Positions 17,675-26,638 of a stretch of 31,524 nt of DNA are shown here, one piece after another; within the stretch, counting starts at the first letter, position 1; each line of letters opens with the position of its first letter. Both the position numbers and the translations under genes were made by a program. The notes beneath the pieces are model-generated. The model worked only from the letters and a program-made list of their open reading frames with translations. It made no database searches and was not told where the DNA came from. This stretch comes from an uncultured Candidatus Saccharibacteria bacterium (lineage in GTDB: Bacteria; Patescibacteriota; Andersenbacteria; UBA10190): the NCBI GenBank assembly GCA_964622915.1, contig CAZUSC010000021.1, positions 1-31,524 of the forward strand. Direction: 5' to 3'.

Positions 17675-18462
17675 AAGACGGGCCGCAAGTTTCGATAATC
17701 ATGGCGGTCCACAACGGTGCGGCTACGGTAACCAAGTGCCTGAATAGTGTTGCCCAACAAACATACTCCCGATGGGAAATTATTTGCATTAACGATGCCT
17801 CAACCGACAACAGCGCAACTATTCTAGAACAATGGCGTTCCGCTCACCCAAATGTTTCTTTAGATATCCGGACCCACCAGAACAACATGGGGCTCACAAA
17901 GTCATTAAACGAAGGTATCAAAATATCCCGAGGCAGCTTAATCGCGCGTCTCGATGATGACGATTGGTGGATGGCTGACAAGCTATCCAAACAAGTGGAA
18001 TATTTATCCTCGCATCCCCACTGCGGCATTGTGGGCTGCTGGTATATTAATCAGCGCGGCCCGCGCGCCTTTCCCGTAAGGCTGCCTGTCTCGCCTGCTC
18101 GGATCAAGCACGATATATTTAGGCGTAATCCCTTTGGTCACAGCTGCGTTGTAATTCGGCGTCAGCTATTGATAAAACATGGCCTTTATAATGAAAGCCT
18201 CCAATATGGCCAAGACCGCGAATTATGGTTTAGGCTGTTGCCGAACACGCAGCTGGCCAATATTCCGGAATTTCTCTGTCACCGAAGCGTCGGCCAGCCG
18301 CGTAACTACTTAAAGCAAAGGCAACAAATTCAGCAGCAAATTTTAACCACCCATCAATACATTCAAAAATACCACGCCCCCTGGCATAACTATCTCTATT
18401 TACTTGTACCGATCTTAATTTGGCTAACGCCGCTGTCACTAAAAAAGTTGCTTTATCGATGA
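17671..18462 (+). CDS. Glycosyltransferase family 2 (GT-A)
   Basis: ATG 17671 (ATGA overlap). VSIIMAVHNG, INDASTD, NMGLTKSLN, ARLDDDD, QDRELW. Confidence 0.92.
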   Translation: MKDGPQVSIIMAVHNGAATVTKCLNSVAQQTYSRWEIICINDASTDNSATILEQWRSAHPNVSLDIRTHQNNMGLTKSLNEGIKISRGSLIARLDDDDWWMADKLSKQVEYLSSHPHCGIVGCWYINQRGPRAFPVRLPVSPARIKHDIFRRNPFGHSCVVIRRQLLIKHGLYNESLQYGQDRELWFRLLPNTQLANIPEFLCHRSVGQPRNYLKQRQQIQQQILTTHQYIQKYHAPWHNYLYLLVPILIWLTPLSLKKLLYR

Positions 18463-18487
18463 TAGAGACGGCTGGTATGATCATATC

Positions 18488-19924
18488 GTGTCTATAAGCT
18501 CATACACATATCGCCAACTGCCAAAAATAACTTTTATGGCTGCTTTGTTATTTTCGGCTGTCTTATTGGCACAATATCCCTCCACCACTACTTTTCCCAT
18601 CGGCGGTGATGCCGCACGCTATATTCAGAAATTAGTTGATGTGTATGTTAGCGCCAGTAATGGAAATTATTACGAGAGCCTCCGCTTGCTCGCCACCAAC
18701 ACCCGCTACCCTGGCGCGCAGATAATTTTTTCTGCATTTTCTCTGCTGCCGCTCTCCTGGCCGGATCGATTTATCTGGTGGCTCACTGCTGGTCATCTGT
18801 TTACCAGCCTGGCGCTCGGATTACTCCTTAAAAGAATCGCTGGCTGGCCATCAGCAGTGATCGCCATTGCTGCCTGGTCGCTCGTTACCATTGGACTCAC
18901 TCCTCACACCGAAGCGGGTACGGCCGCGCAGCTTTGGTCGCTGCCGCTGGTTCCTCTTTTTTTCTATATGATCGCACGCCAATCATATGCCGGAGTAATC
19001 GCCATAGTGGCTGCCAGTTTTTTTGTTCATCCATTTACCGCTGTTGTGTTAATGTTAGCGACGGTTTTGTCGCTACCCGCTTTGCTATTGTTGCATCAGC
19101 GTATACCCGTCGACCAAAAAAGGTTTTATATTTTTTGGATTGGGGTCGGCCTAAGCATGATAGCGGCCGGCCTTCTGGCAACGATCCGCTATTATTTAGC
19201 GGTGGCAGACCTAGTGGATGATTATTACAGTGTGTCCATCACTGATTGGCTGCGTTCACCCTTAGGTCCTTTTATTATTTGTGCTCCCTTTGGATTTTAT
19301 ATTTTATTCCAGCGAACCAGACATCAGCTCATAACATTTAGTACACTTGCCGTTTTTCTCTTTCTATCCATTCTACTAACCTTCAACGATGTCTTCGGCG
19401 TTCATCTTATGGTCGATCGCTGGCAGTCTTATGGAGTGATGAGCCTTGTTACCTTAGCCGCTTTGGCTCTGCCAAAACTATTGTCAGTCGTGTTTAATAA
19501 AATTTGGATTCGCGCGGCATTTGCCGTCCTGTTATTCCTGGCACTGGGACTACAGACTTGGCAGAACAACAGCCGGATATTTGCCTACTACGAATCCCCC
19601 GGCCGCTATGCCCGTCTACACCCGGAAGAAAGACAAGCAATTGAATGGTTAAAAAATAACACACCGTCCAGTTCCGTAATCGTTTCGACGCGGGCTAACC
19701 GTCACAGTGACTGGATACCTATTCTTGGCGATCGCCAGTGGCAAGGACTAACGGAGAGTGATCAATTTTGGCAGACTTTTCCCCCGCCCTCGAGTCCTTA
19801 CACTCATGCTGTTTTTTTTCTCCACCGGGAAAAACCAGCGGATGTTTTTCCTGCCGCCGACACTCTGCCAGTAGTGTATCAAAACGATAGTGCTGTAATT
19901 TATGATCTCCAGAACAACAACTAG
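18488..19924 (+). CDS. Polytopic membrane protein, probable GT-C-fold glycosyltransferase
   Basis: About 10-11 TM helices; first-loop acidic motif IGGDAARY; soluble C-terminus AIEWLKNNTP...IVS...W...VVYQND..VIY typical of GT-C-like proteins. Confidence 0.6.
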   Translation: MSISSYTYRQLPKITFMAALLFSAVLLAQYPSTTTFPIGGDAARYIQKLVDVYVSASNGNYYESLRLLATNTRYPGAQIIFSAFSLLPLSWPDRFIWWLTAGHLFTSLALGLLLKRIAGWPSAVIAIAAWSLVTIGLTPHTEAGTAAQLWSLPLVPLFFYMIARQSYAGVIAIVAASFFVHPFTAVVLMLATVLSLPALLLLHQRIPVDQKRFYIFWIGVGLSMIAAGLLATIRYYLAVADLVDDYYSVSITDWLRSPLGPFIICAPFGFYILFQRTRHQLITFSTLAVFLFLSILLTFNDVFGVHLMVDRWQSYGVMSLVTLAALALPKLLSVVFNKIWIRAAFAVLLFLALGLQTWQNNSRIFAYYESPGRYARLHPEERQAIEWLKNNTPSSSVIVSTRANRHSDWIPILGDRQWQGLTESDQFWQTFPPPSSPYTHAVFFLHREKPADVFPAADTLPVVYQNDSAVIYDLQNNN

Positions 19925-20240
19925 AAACATCTTTGCCTGGCTTCTGCTCGCCTCGGCTGTCTTATCACAAACACCCGTGCCTTTAATCATTGTTCTGGTG
20001 GTAGGGGCTGTAGCCACCATAGGCTTACTATTGGCTCTGGCGGCGGTTAGAGCCGTTTTATTGCTACTTTTGCCTGCTTGGCTACTAATCATAGGGATAT
20101 ACCTTCACTTACCTCTTACCGCCAACTTACCCCTGTTCGTTCGACTAATGAGTGTTTGTCTTGTTTTAGGAGGCCTTTTCTCGGTGGGTGTTGGCTTGAT
20201 CATAGTTTGGCGCACTACCCAAAAAACAAATTCTGTTTAG
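19902..20240 (+). CDS. Small hypothetical membrane protein (3-4 TM)
   Basis: Almost entirely hydrophobic 112-aa ORF; overlaps the upstream gene by 23 nt and ends 11 nt before the next. Confidence 0.6.
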   Translation: MISRTTTRNIFAWLLLASAVLSQTPVPLIIVLVVGAVATIGLLLALAAVRAVLLLLLPAWLLIIGIYLHLPLTANLPLFVRLMSVCLVLGGLFSVGVGLIIVWRTTQKTNSV

Positions 20241-20251
20241 ACTTATAAGTT

Positions 20252-21166
20252 ATGAACAAATATGATCAAGCAGAGATTGACCTAACGTCTCTGCTTCAAA
20301 GGGCACTAAAGACTCGGCCGCGGCAAGGGCCGGCCATCACCCCTCTTGATATATTTGGTCAAAAAATAAAATTTTACGGCCAAGCTGTCCTTTATCGGCT
20401 GGGAATCTGGCAGCGACTTGTATCATCAAACCTAGCCATCGGCTGGTTTGATGATTTTCGTCATTACTGGATGCATGAGCTGGACATGCGGCGAATTGAC
20501 CTGCCAGATTTTTTTTACTTAAGAGGAGTTTATCGCTCCCGCTTTCAGGCTGTCGCCGTCAGCCAGACCCAGGAAGAGGACGCCGCTTTTCTCACGCCCT
20601 GGCAGCGTGCAGCCACCCTTTATCTGCTGTTTTCGTACGTCTATAAGCTAGCACTACATCCTATTTATATTTGGCAAATTAAGAATTTTATTAAGCGCGG
20701 TAACGCTGTCTGTGAATACGGCTGCGGTGTTGCTCCGGTCCTCGGCAATCTAGCCCATTTCTACCCGGACCGGCGGCTCACACTAACTGGTGCTGATATT
20801 CCGACCATCATGCTTCACTATGCCCGTTGGCGCCTGCAGAATTTTAAAAACGTAACCATCCAACAAATCGACCCCAATAATGACGCCCCGCTTACTGATC
20901 AATATAATCTAATTACTTGCCTGACTGTTTTCGAGCATTTGCCCCGCCCGCTGGCAATTGTTAAACACTTGCATGACCATCTAAAACCGCGCGGATATTT
21001 TGTTTTTGACTACATCAAAGCCGCCGGCACAGGGCTGGACACGGCTGGGGCGGTGCGGGAACGCCAACAGGTCCTAGACTTTGTTCGCAGTAACTTTGCT
21101 GTGGTGAAAGGCAAGATACCCGACGAGAACGTAAACATTAAAATGGTAATCTGCCGAAAGATTTAA
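20252..21166 (+). CDS. Class I SAM-dependent methyltransferase
   Basis: VCEYGCG motif I, GADI, YNLITCLTVFEHL, LKPRGYFVFD; unassigned N-terminal region of about 140 aa. Confidence 0.85.
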   Translation: MNKYDQAEIDLTSLLQRALKTRPRQGPAITPLDIFGQKIKFYGQAVLYRLGIWQRLVSSNLAIGWFDDFRHYWMHELDMRRIDLPDFFYLRGVYRSRFQAVAVSQTQEEDAAFLTPWQRAATLYLLFSYVYKLALHPIYIWQIKNFIKRGNAVCEYGCGVAPVLGNLAHFYPDRRLTLTGADIPTIMLHYARWRLQNFKNVTIQQIDPNNDAPLTDQYNLITCLTVFEHLPRPLAIVKHLHDHLKPRGYFVFDYIKAAGTGLDTAGAVRERQQVLDFVRSNFAVVKGKIPDENVNIKMVICRKI

Positions 21167-21183
21167 TAAGCCTAGATTTACAA

Positions 21184-22335
21184 TCAGTGTGCTTTTTCGA
21201 CATGCACCGGTAAGTAACCATTTGACCCGTATTGTCTGACTATTTCCTGAAATAGCTTATAAGGAATTCCTGTCGAGCCCGCCTTAGTGGCAGTTGTGGC
21301 AATATTGAGAATTAGATCAAATTTATCAAAGAGCAGTTTGTGGCGTGCCAAATTGCGGACATCATCCATAATAATCTGCGTTTCACAATCGGCGCAGAAG
21401 CGCGCTATATACCGACGTGCTCCTTGTAAATATAATTGTCGTTGGCGCAGATCGAATAAATCGACACCAACAAATTTTCTAAATCCATACTCGCGAAGAA
21501 TCGGCCAGTACATGCCAAAGCCGCTGCCCAAATCAAGAATGCGCATTGCTTGTGCTTTGTTGTAGCAATCCGGCTGCGTTAGAAATGCCTGTAAGGCGGG
21601 GCTGCCTTGCAAGACAAGTTGCCAGCGATGATACAAAGGTACCCTCGTCTGCCAAAGCCATAAATTAAGTATCGGCATGGCCAGGGCTTTTGGTACCAAT
21701 GCCCGCCAGGTGCGCTGCAGTGATTCGTCATGCAGCTGCCGCAAAAAGGCATGTGATTTTTCTTCAATTTCTTTTATACGCAGACTTTCGAGATTAGCCA
21801 CATCACTCGCTGTATGCACATCGATGTAATCCGTCTGGATAATACCTTTGTAGACACTTAAGGCTTCTTGCCAAACTACCTGGCGCCGCATGACGTGAAT
21901 GGCCGCATCCTCCAAGCCATTTTGGTCCACGCTAAAAATTTCCCAGCGGTCATGCTTAATCAATTTGGCAATGGCCTCATCAATTTTGGCCGCTTTTATT
22001 TGGGGAGAATTAGCTTGGATACGTGCCACAATTTCAATTTTTTCACCCCGCTTTTCCAGTTGGCTTACGGCGTGCTTTAAAACCTCTTGCGTCCAGACAT
22101 TATCCGCAGCGAGCTCCCGCGGCCGATCAATTACTTTGACTCCCAATTGAAGAGCCAACTTTTTTATTTCCCCATCTTCCGTTGAAACGTAAATAGCTGC
22201 AATGTATTTGGACTGCTGGCAGGCTTCTATTACCCATTGGAGCAAAGGCCGGCCAAAATAGGGATAAATGTTTTTGCGCGGCAAGCGCTTGCTCCCCCCG
22301 CGCGCCGGAATAATGGCTATAACTTTATCTTTCAT
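21184..22335 (-). CDS. NeuA/CMP-synthetase-like cytidylyltransferase fused to a C-terminal methyltransferase-like domain
   Basis: N-term IIPARGGSKRLPRKNI, VSTED, RPRELAAD, QANSP, IDVHTASD; C-term RILDLGSGFG, FVGVDLF, FDLIL. Confidence 0.85.
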   Translation of the reverse strand: MKDKVIAIIPARGGSKRLPRKNIYPYFGRPLLQWVIEACQQSKYIAAIYVSTEDGEIKKLALQLGVKVIDRPRELAADNVWTQEVLKHAVSQLEKRGEKIEIVARIQANSPQIKAAKIDEAIAKLIKHDRWEIFSVDQNGLEDAAIHVMRRQVVWQEALSVYKGIIQTDYIDVHTASDVANLESLRIKEIEEKSHAFLRQLHDESLQRTWRALVPKALAMPILNLWLWQTRVPLYHRWQLVLQGSPALQAFLTQPDCYNKAQAMRILDLGSGFGMYWPILREYGFRKFVGVDLFDLRQRQLYLQGARRYIARFCADCETQIIMDDVRNLARHKLLFDKFDLILNIATTATKAGSTGIPYKLFQEIVRQYGSNGYLPVHVEKAH

Positions 22336-23492
22336 AACTTGATGGACTGAATAAATTTATCACCGCTTAGGGAAGTACCGCCAACAACAACCTTTTTAAC
22401 CCCGGCCGGCAGCTCCACCACAGCGCGCAGCCGACCCTGCCACTGCGCCGCCAGCCAAGACAATGATCCGTCGGAGGCACGCATTCCAATAAAAGGACTC
22501 TTTTGATAAGTTGGCTGACTAAATTTTAAGCGAAGTTTATTGCCTTGAGTCGTCCAATTAACTTTTACCTTTACCGGCTTTAGTTGGGCACAAATTTGCA
22601 GCGCCTCCAGCGCGCGGCTGGATCGCCAGCGAATACCGGTTTCTTTAGCCACCTGCTTTACCATGGCCACTACGTAGACGGTCTCATCAAACATCTCCCG
22701 ATGGTCGTGGCTGAAATAAGATAAAATAACTGGCCGCTTATTTTTTTGCGCGTCTGTAAACGCTTGGCGCACATCTGCCGGTGTTAATACGTTGATCCGC
22801 GACCACAAATCAACACTGCGCACAATAAATCGGCGCATTTTTCCTGTTTTAAGAAAATTCTTGTGATGGGGATGATAGTAACCCCACGCGGCCGGCGCCC
22901 CATGCCAGTTAAAATCAAAAATATTCTTGGTCGGATACGATTGATCAGAAACGCGATTAGAGTAGTCAACCATCACATTGTCTTCCAGCCACTGCGAGGC
23001 TTTATTATCTTCAATAGTGCCGCCGGCGCGGTATGCTTCGGGCCAATCTTCCCGCTCGACGAGGCGATGCAAGAGAATATTTAAGTATTCCTGACTAGAG
23101 TCCCAGTCGTCACTCCACCCGTCTCCTGCGCCATCAGCGGGAGGATGATGATAGTGCCAATAAAATCCATCGGGCTGTGTGGGAAGGTGCTTAAAATGAT
23201 CATACGTATCATTATATTTAGCGATCCGCTGCTTCGGATTGGTTCGAAAGCCGGTGAAGTCCATAATGAACCAGTTATAAATATAGGGGCGGCCGAAGGA
23301 ATCAGCTTGGGCCCGGCGGAACTCCGGGTTGGTCAACCGCCTGATGCTTTTGCCAATATCGCGCCAATTAGCCATAAATTCGGCCGACCCGTCAGGCCGG
23401 CGCCGTACATCGCCGCCAATCGGGCCCTCGGTGTCCACACAATGTACGACCAGTACTTCCGCTCTACCCCTATTTGTTGAGGAACCAGCCAT
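22332..23492 (-). CDS. CE4/polysaccharide-deacetylase-like (WalW/WbmS-like) protein
   Basis: CVDTEG, WHYHH and YRAGG match the D.E / H.H / RAG pattern of WalW-type NodB-homology barrels. Assignment by motif recall only. Confidence 0.55.
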   Translation of the reverse strand: MAGSSTNRGRAEVLVVHCVDTEGPIGGDVRRRPDGSAEFMANWRDIGKSIRRLTNPEFRRAQADSFGRPYIYNWFIMDFTGFRTNPKQRIAKYNDTYDHFKHLPTQPDGFYWHYHHPPADGAGDGWSDDWDSSQEYLNILLHRLVEREDWPEAYRAGGTIEDNKASQWLEDNVMVDYSNRVSDQSYPTKNIFDFNWHGAPAAWGYYHPHHKNFLKTGKMRRFIVRSVDLWSRINVLTPADVRQAFTDAQKNKRPVILSYFSHDHREMFDETVYVVAMVKQVAKETGIRWRSSRALEALQICAQLKPVKVKVNWTTQGNKLRLKFSQPTYQKSPFIGMRASDGSLSWLAAQWQGRLRAVVELPAGVKKVVVGGTSLSGDKFIQSIKL

Positions 23493-24474
23493 ATTTAAGC
23501 AAGCCGCGTGTCAGGTCGTTGGCCCGGAAAAACGCCGCTAGCGACTCAACGTAATTCATGCGAGCTAAAATCGTCTGCCGTAAATCAGAATTAACCTGGC
23601 ATGACGACAGGGGGATGGGCGCGCTAAAACATCGGCCGATATTTTGGGTGATAAATCCCCGGCCGTTGCCAGCTTGAGTAGTTAAAAAAGCCGCCACGGT
23701 CCACGGCACAACTACATTGTCGCCATTGGGTTTAGCGATGCTGCCAAATACAAAGGAGGGGCCGCGCGGTATAGAAAAACCCATTTTTTTATCAGGCGCC
23801 TCAATAGCAATAAAATTGTTGTCACCGAGCCAGCGGTCAAAATCATTAAGCGCCTGGGCGGCGATTTCTCTGGCGCTATTCCAGAGTTGAGAAAAAGCAT
23901 CGGTATCGGGTTTTGTAAACCATCGGTCACGCAAGGTGGCCAGCGAATTCATAAATTGGTCATACTGTGTATCACCGGTAATTTGTTTCAGAAAATTCAA
24001 ACTGACGGAAAAAGATTTTAGTATGCGCAGGCCATGCAAAATGTCTGCTTCACTCTCCCACTGAAAGCGATTCAGCACAAAAAACCGCTCCGGCAGCCAA
24101 TCAAGTACCCGACAAATCAAATAGGTTAAATCATTATATTGATTGAATTGATACTGCTCACCGTACAGAAGACGCAAAGGAAACTCGTCAATAATACCGA
24201 TGTCCGCGATCGCCGATTCGTTCACTTTTAGGATTGAGCCGGTAGTGATTAAGCTGGCGACATCAGCCGGCAAACGATTCTCCAGATCAAGCGGGCTGGT
24301 CAGCCTATCTTTTAAGCAGACGACAAAATCCAGATCAGAAATGCCCGGGTGCTTAATAGTGCCGGCGCTGTAGACGGCCAAAATATCCGGATATGTTTTA
24401 GCCAGGTCAACAAATTTTTGCTGACTTTTAACATAAAAAGTTCGATCCAACGGTTTTGTATTAGTTGCGCTCAT
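23470..24474 (-). CDS. Pol-beta-superfamily nucleotidyltransferase-fold protein
   Basis: N-terminal AVYSAGTIKHPGISDLDFVV (hG..DxD signature) followed by a helical domain. Confidence 0.7.
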   Translation of the reverse strand: MSATNTKPLDRTFYVKSQQKFVDLAKTYPDILAVYSAGTIKHPGISDLDFVVCLKDRLTSPLDLENRLPADVASLITTGSILKVNESAIADIGIIDEFPLRLLYGEQYQFNQYNDLTYLICRVLDWLPERFFVLNRFQWESEADILHGLRILKSFSVSLNFLKQITGDTQYDQFMNSLATLRDRWFTKPDTDAFSQLWNSAREIAAQALNDFDRWLGDNNFIAIEAPDKKMGFSIPRGPSFVFGSIAKPNGDNVVVPWTVAAFLTTQAGNGRGFITQNIGRCFSAPIPLSSCQVNSDLRQTILARMNYVESLAAFFRANDLTRGLLKYGWFLNK

Positions 24475-25360
24475 ACACCTTAATCATAGTATTGATTAAG
24501 CGGCGAGCCCGCTCGAAATACTTCTCCCCCAGAACGGATTTTACTTCTTCAGGCACTGCGTTTGCCTTAACCCTAATCCCAGTAAATAGACTACGCACCG
24601 CTTCACAGCAAGTAACTAATTCTAATTCTTCGGCCGAAAAATATTCCTTTATTTTGATGAAGGATTCTCTCTTATATATCGGCTTATCAACTAGTCCAAT
24701 GAACAAGCTAGGCAGCAGAAGAACCAACGACACAAAATACTTCAACTGATAAAAATTATCGGCGGCCCGCTCAAAGTTATTCTGCAAATAAACGCCGTTT
24801 TTGCCGTGATGTGGTAGCTCGCCCTCGGCAGCCGCTCGTGCTAATAGGGCCCGCAAGTTATAGAAGTAGGCGATCTGCTCTGGGCGGGAATCGCGTCTGA
24901 AAAAATTTAGTTCAAGGCTGCCTAGCAAGGATTTGCCCAAGGCGATGGTGCTAATCGGTAAAAATGTTTCCGGGTAAAAATTAAGATCGGCCTGCGTAAT
25001 AAATTGGATGCCATGATGCTGGTGCGGATCGAATTGGTAAAGAAACTTCTCCAAGTCTAAAGCGGCCAGGCGGAATTTTTTAAACCTCCCCTCGTCTTGC
25101 AATGCAGCATCCTTAACAATGACCATTACGTCTAAGTCGCTCCAGTGGGCAATTATATCGCCCGTAGCCACGCTGGAATAAACTACTGCCCCCAATAAAT
25201 CCGCCGACATTTTTTTGAGTCCAGACGCCAGCTCTCGTACCGGGTCATATTTAGTTGAGGGAGGAGTTGCAAATTTGTCTAGCCTAATAGTAATAGGCTC
25301 GCTCGACTCCGGATATAACTGCACAGCCGAAAAAACCTGACCACGCAGCAGGTCTATCAC
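24461..25360 (-). CDS. Pol-beta-superfamily nucleotidyltransferase-fold protein (start uncertain)
   Basis: GAVVYSSVATGD....WSDLDVMVIV. Frame is open to 25540, but the upstream gene runs to 25377; GTG 25360 is the first non-overlapping start. Confidence 0.7.
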   Translation of the reverse strand: MIDLLRGQVFSAVQLYPESSEPITIRLDKFATPPSTKYDPVRELASGLKKMSADLLGAVVYSSVATGDIIAHWSDLDVMVIVKDAALQDEGRFKKFRLAALDLEKFLYQFDPHQHHGIQFITQADLNFYPETFLPISTIALGKSLLGSLELNFFRRDSRPEQIAYFYNLRALLARAAAEGELPHHGKNGVYLQNNFERAADNFYQLKYFVSLVLLLPSLFIGLVDKPIYKRESFIKIKEYFSAEELELVTCCEAVRSLFTGIRVKANAVPEEVKSVLGEKYFERARRLINTMIKVYERN

Positions 25361-25376
25361 ATAGTCAGGTTGGTCG

Positions 25377-26638
25377 TTAAGAACGGCGGATTTGTCCTGC
25401 AGCAGCCAATTCAGCAACTGGTTGGCGGCGGTCTGGAGCCCGGAAATCTTTGATATAGGCCAAGATTCGTTGCGCCGCCGGGTGGCCGTCGGTCCAACCG
25501 GAATAAGTTTCGTTAAAGGCATTGTAGTCCCCTGGCGCATCTGGTAAAGAATCTAGCATGGCATCCGCAACGCCCGCAAACCGGCCGGTAATAAGTGATA
25601 AAGGAAGGCTTTGGCTAACGAATCGGAAATTAAACAACGAATTCGGGCGTGTTGATAACACTTGCTCCGCTACGACCCGGCGCGGTTCGCTGCGCATATA
25701 GCCATGAAGTTTATCTACTGCCTGGGGAGCAAGGGCGATTGACGGCACGCCCGCGCCGGCCGCTTCCAAAACCATCATCGAGCCAAAATGTACGGCTAGG
25801 TGGCTTGCCTTCATTAATAAAGCGGAGGTGGAAGGATGTATTTGATCTGGCAGATCTTGCACATAGTAATCCGCCACTTTCAGAAAAGGTGATGCATCCC
25901 ATTGTTTGGCCCGCGACTTTACGACTAATTGCCAGCCACGCTCATTACAATATTGACGTAAGACATTGGCCCAGCGGCTTAGTTTATACTTGGTAGATAG
26001 CCCATAAAAAAGTAGGCTTGGTGATCGCGAATATTAGGTGTAAAGACAGACAACACTGGCTTGTTGGGGGATAAATTTAGCTGACGTGCTGCTTGCTCGC
26101 CATCAATTTCTCCAAAAACATCAATTAACGGACTGCCTAGAGACACAAAACGATCAGCCCATTTTTTATGATTGGGCTGCACGGCAAATTCCAGGTCGCG
26201 CCAGAAGTCGCTGGCGACGACTCTGCCGGCTAATAAAGACAGGCTGCGCTGGATCGGCGCCGGATCATCGTTGGAGGCCGGGACATAGATGGAATTAACA
26301 AAATAATCCAGTCCAAATACAGCGACGCCATCAGCGGCGAGAGCGGCAACATCCACCGCGAAATTTCGGTAGGGGTTGAGCAGGCAAAGGCGGTCGATGT
26401 GGCTGCCGCGGACAGACTGGGCCAGCTTACCGGATTTATAGACGTGGATATCGGACGGCGCCACCAACTGAAAAGTCTGCGCCAGCTGCGGCGGCGTAAT
26501 GGCATCGTATGGTTTGATCCGGTTGCTGGCATGCGGCACAAAGACGACCGGCTGAATTGCCTGTGGCGGCGCCCCAGACAACAGTGGTCCCAAAACTTTT
26601 AGGCTGCTGATTGTTTCAACAACAAAACCAACTCGCAT
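25377..26638 (-). pseudogene. Frameshifted GT-B-like gene (TagF/CDP-polyol phosphotransferase- or Kdo/sialyltransferase-like), about 420 aa if repaired
   Basis: 5' part 26638-25979 stops early. The -1 frame is open from 26033 to 25377 with LVVKSRAK, FGSMMVLEAAGAGVP and TDGHPAAQRI. One extra T in the T6 run (26006-26011) joins the two parts. Confidence 0.75.

Noticed and set aside
21184-22335. Standard sialic/legionaminic acid pathway
   Set aside because: No NeuB synthase or NeuC epimerase in the window and the NeuA-like domain is atypical. It cannot be excluded outside the window.
23470-25540. CBASS, MNT-HEPN toxin-antitoxin or aminoglycoside-resistance interpretation of the two NTases
   Set aside because: No Cap effectors, no separate HEPN toxin with Rx4-6H, and both genes overlap glycan-tailoring neighbours. 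Not formally excluded without a structure search.
25990-26020. Programmed -1 ribosomal frameshift
   Set aside because: C_TTT_TTT is not a canonical X_XXY_YYZ slippery heptamer and no clear downstream stimulatory hairpin was seen.
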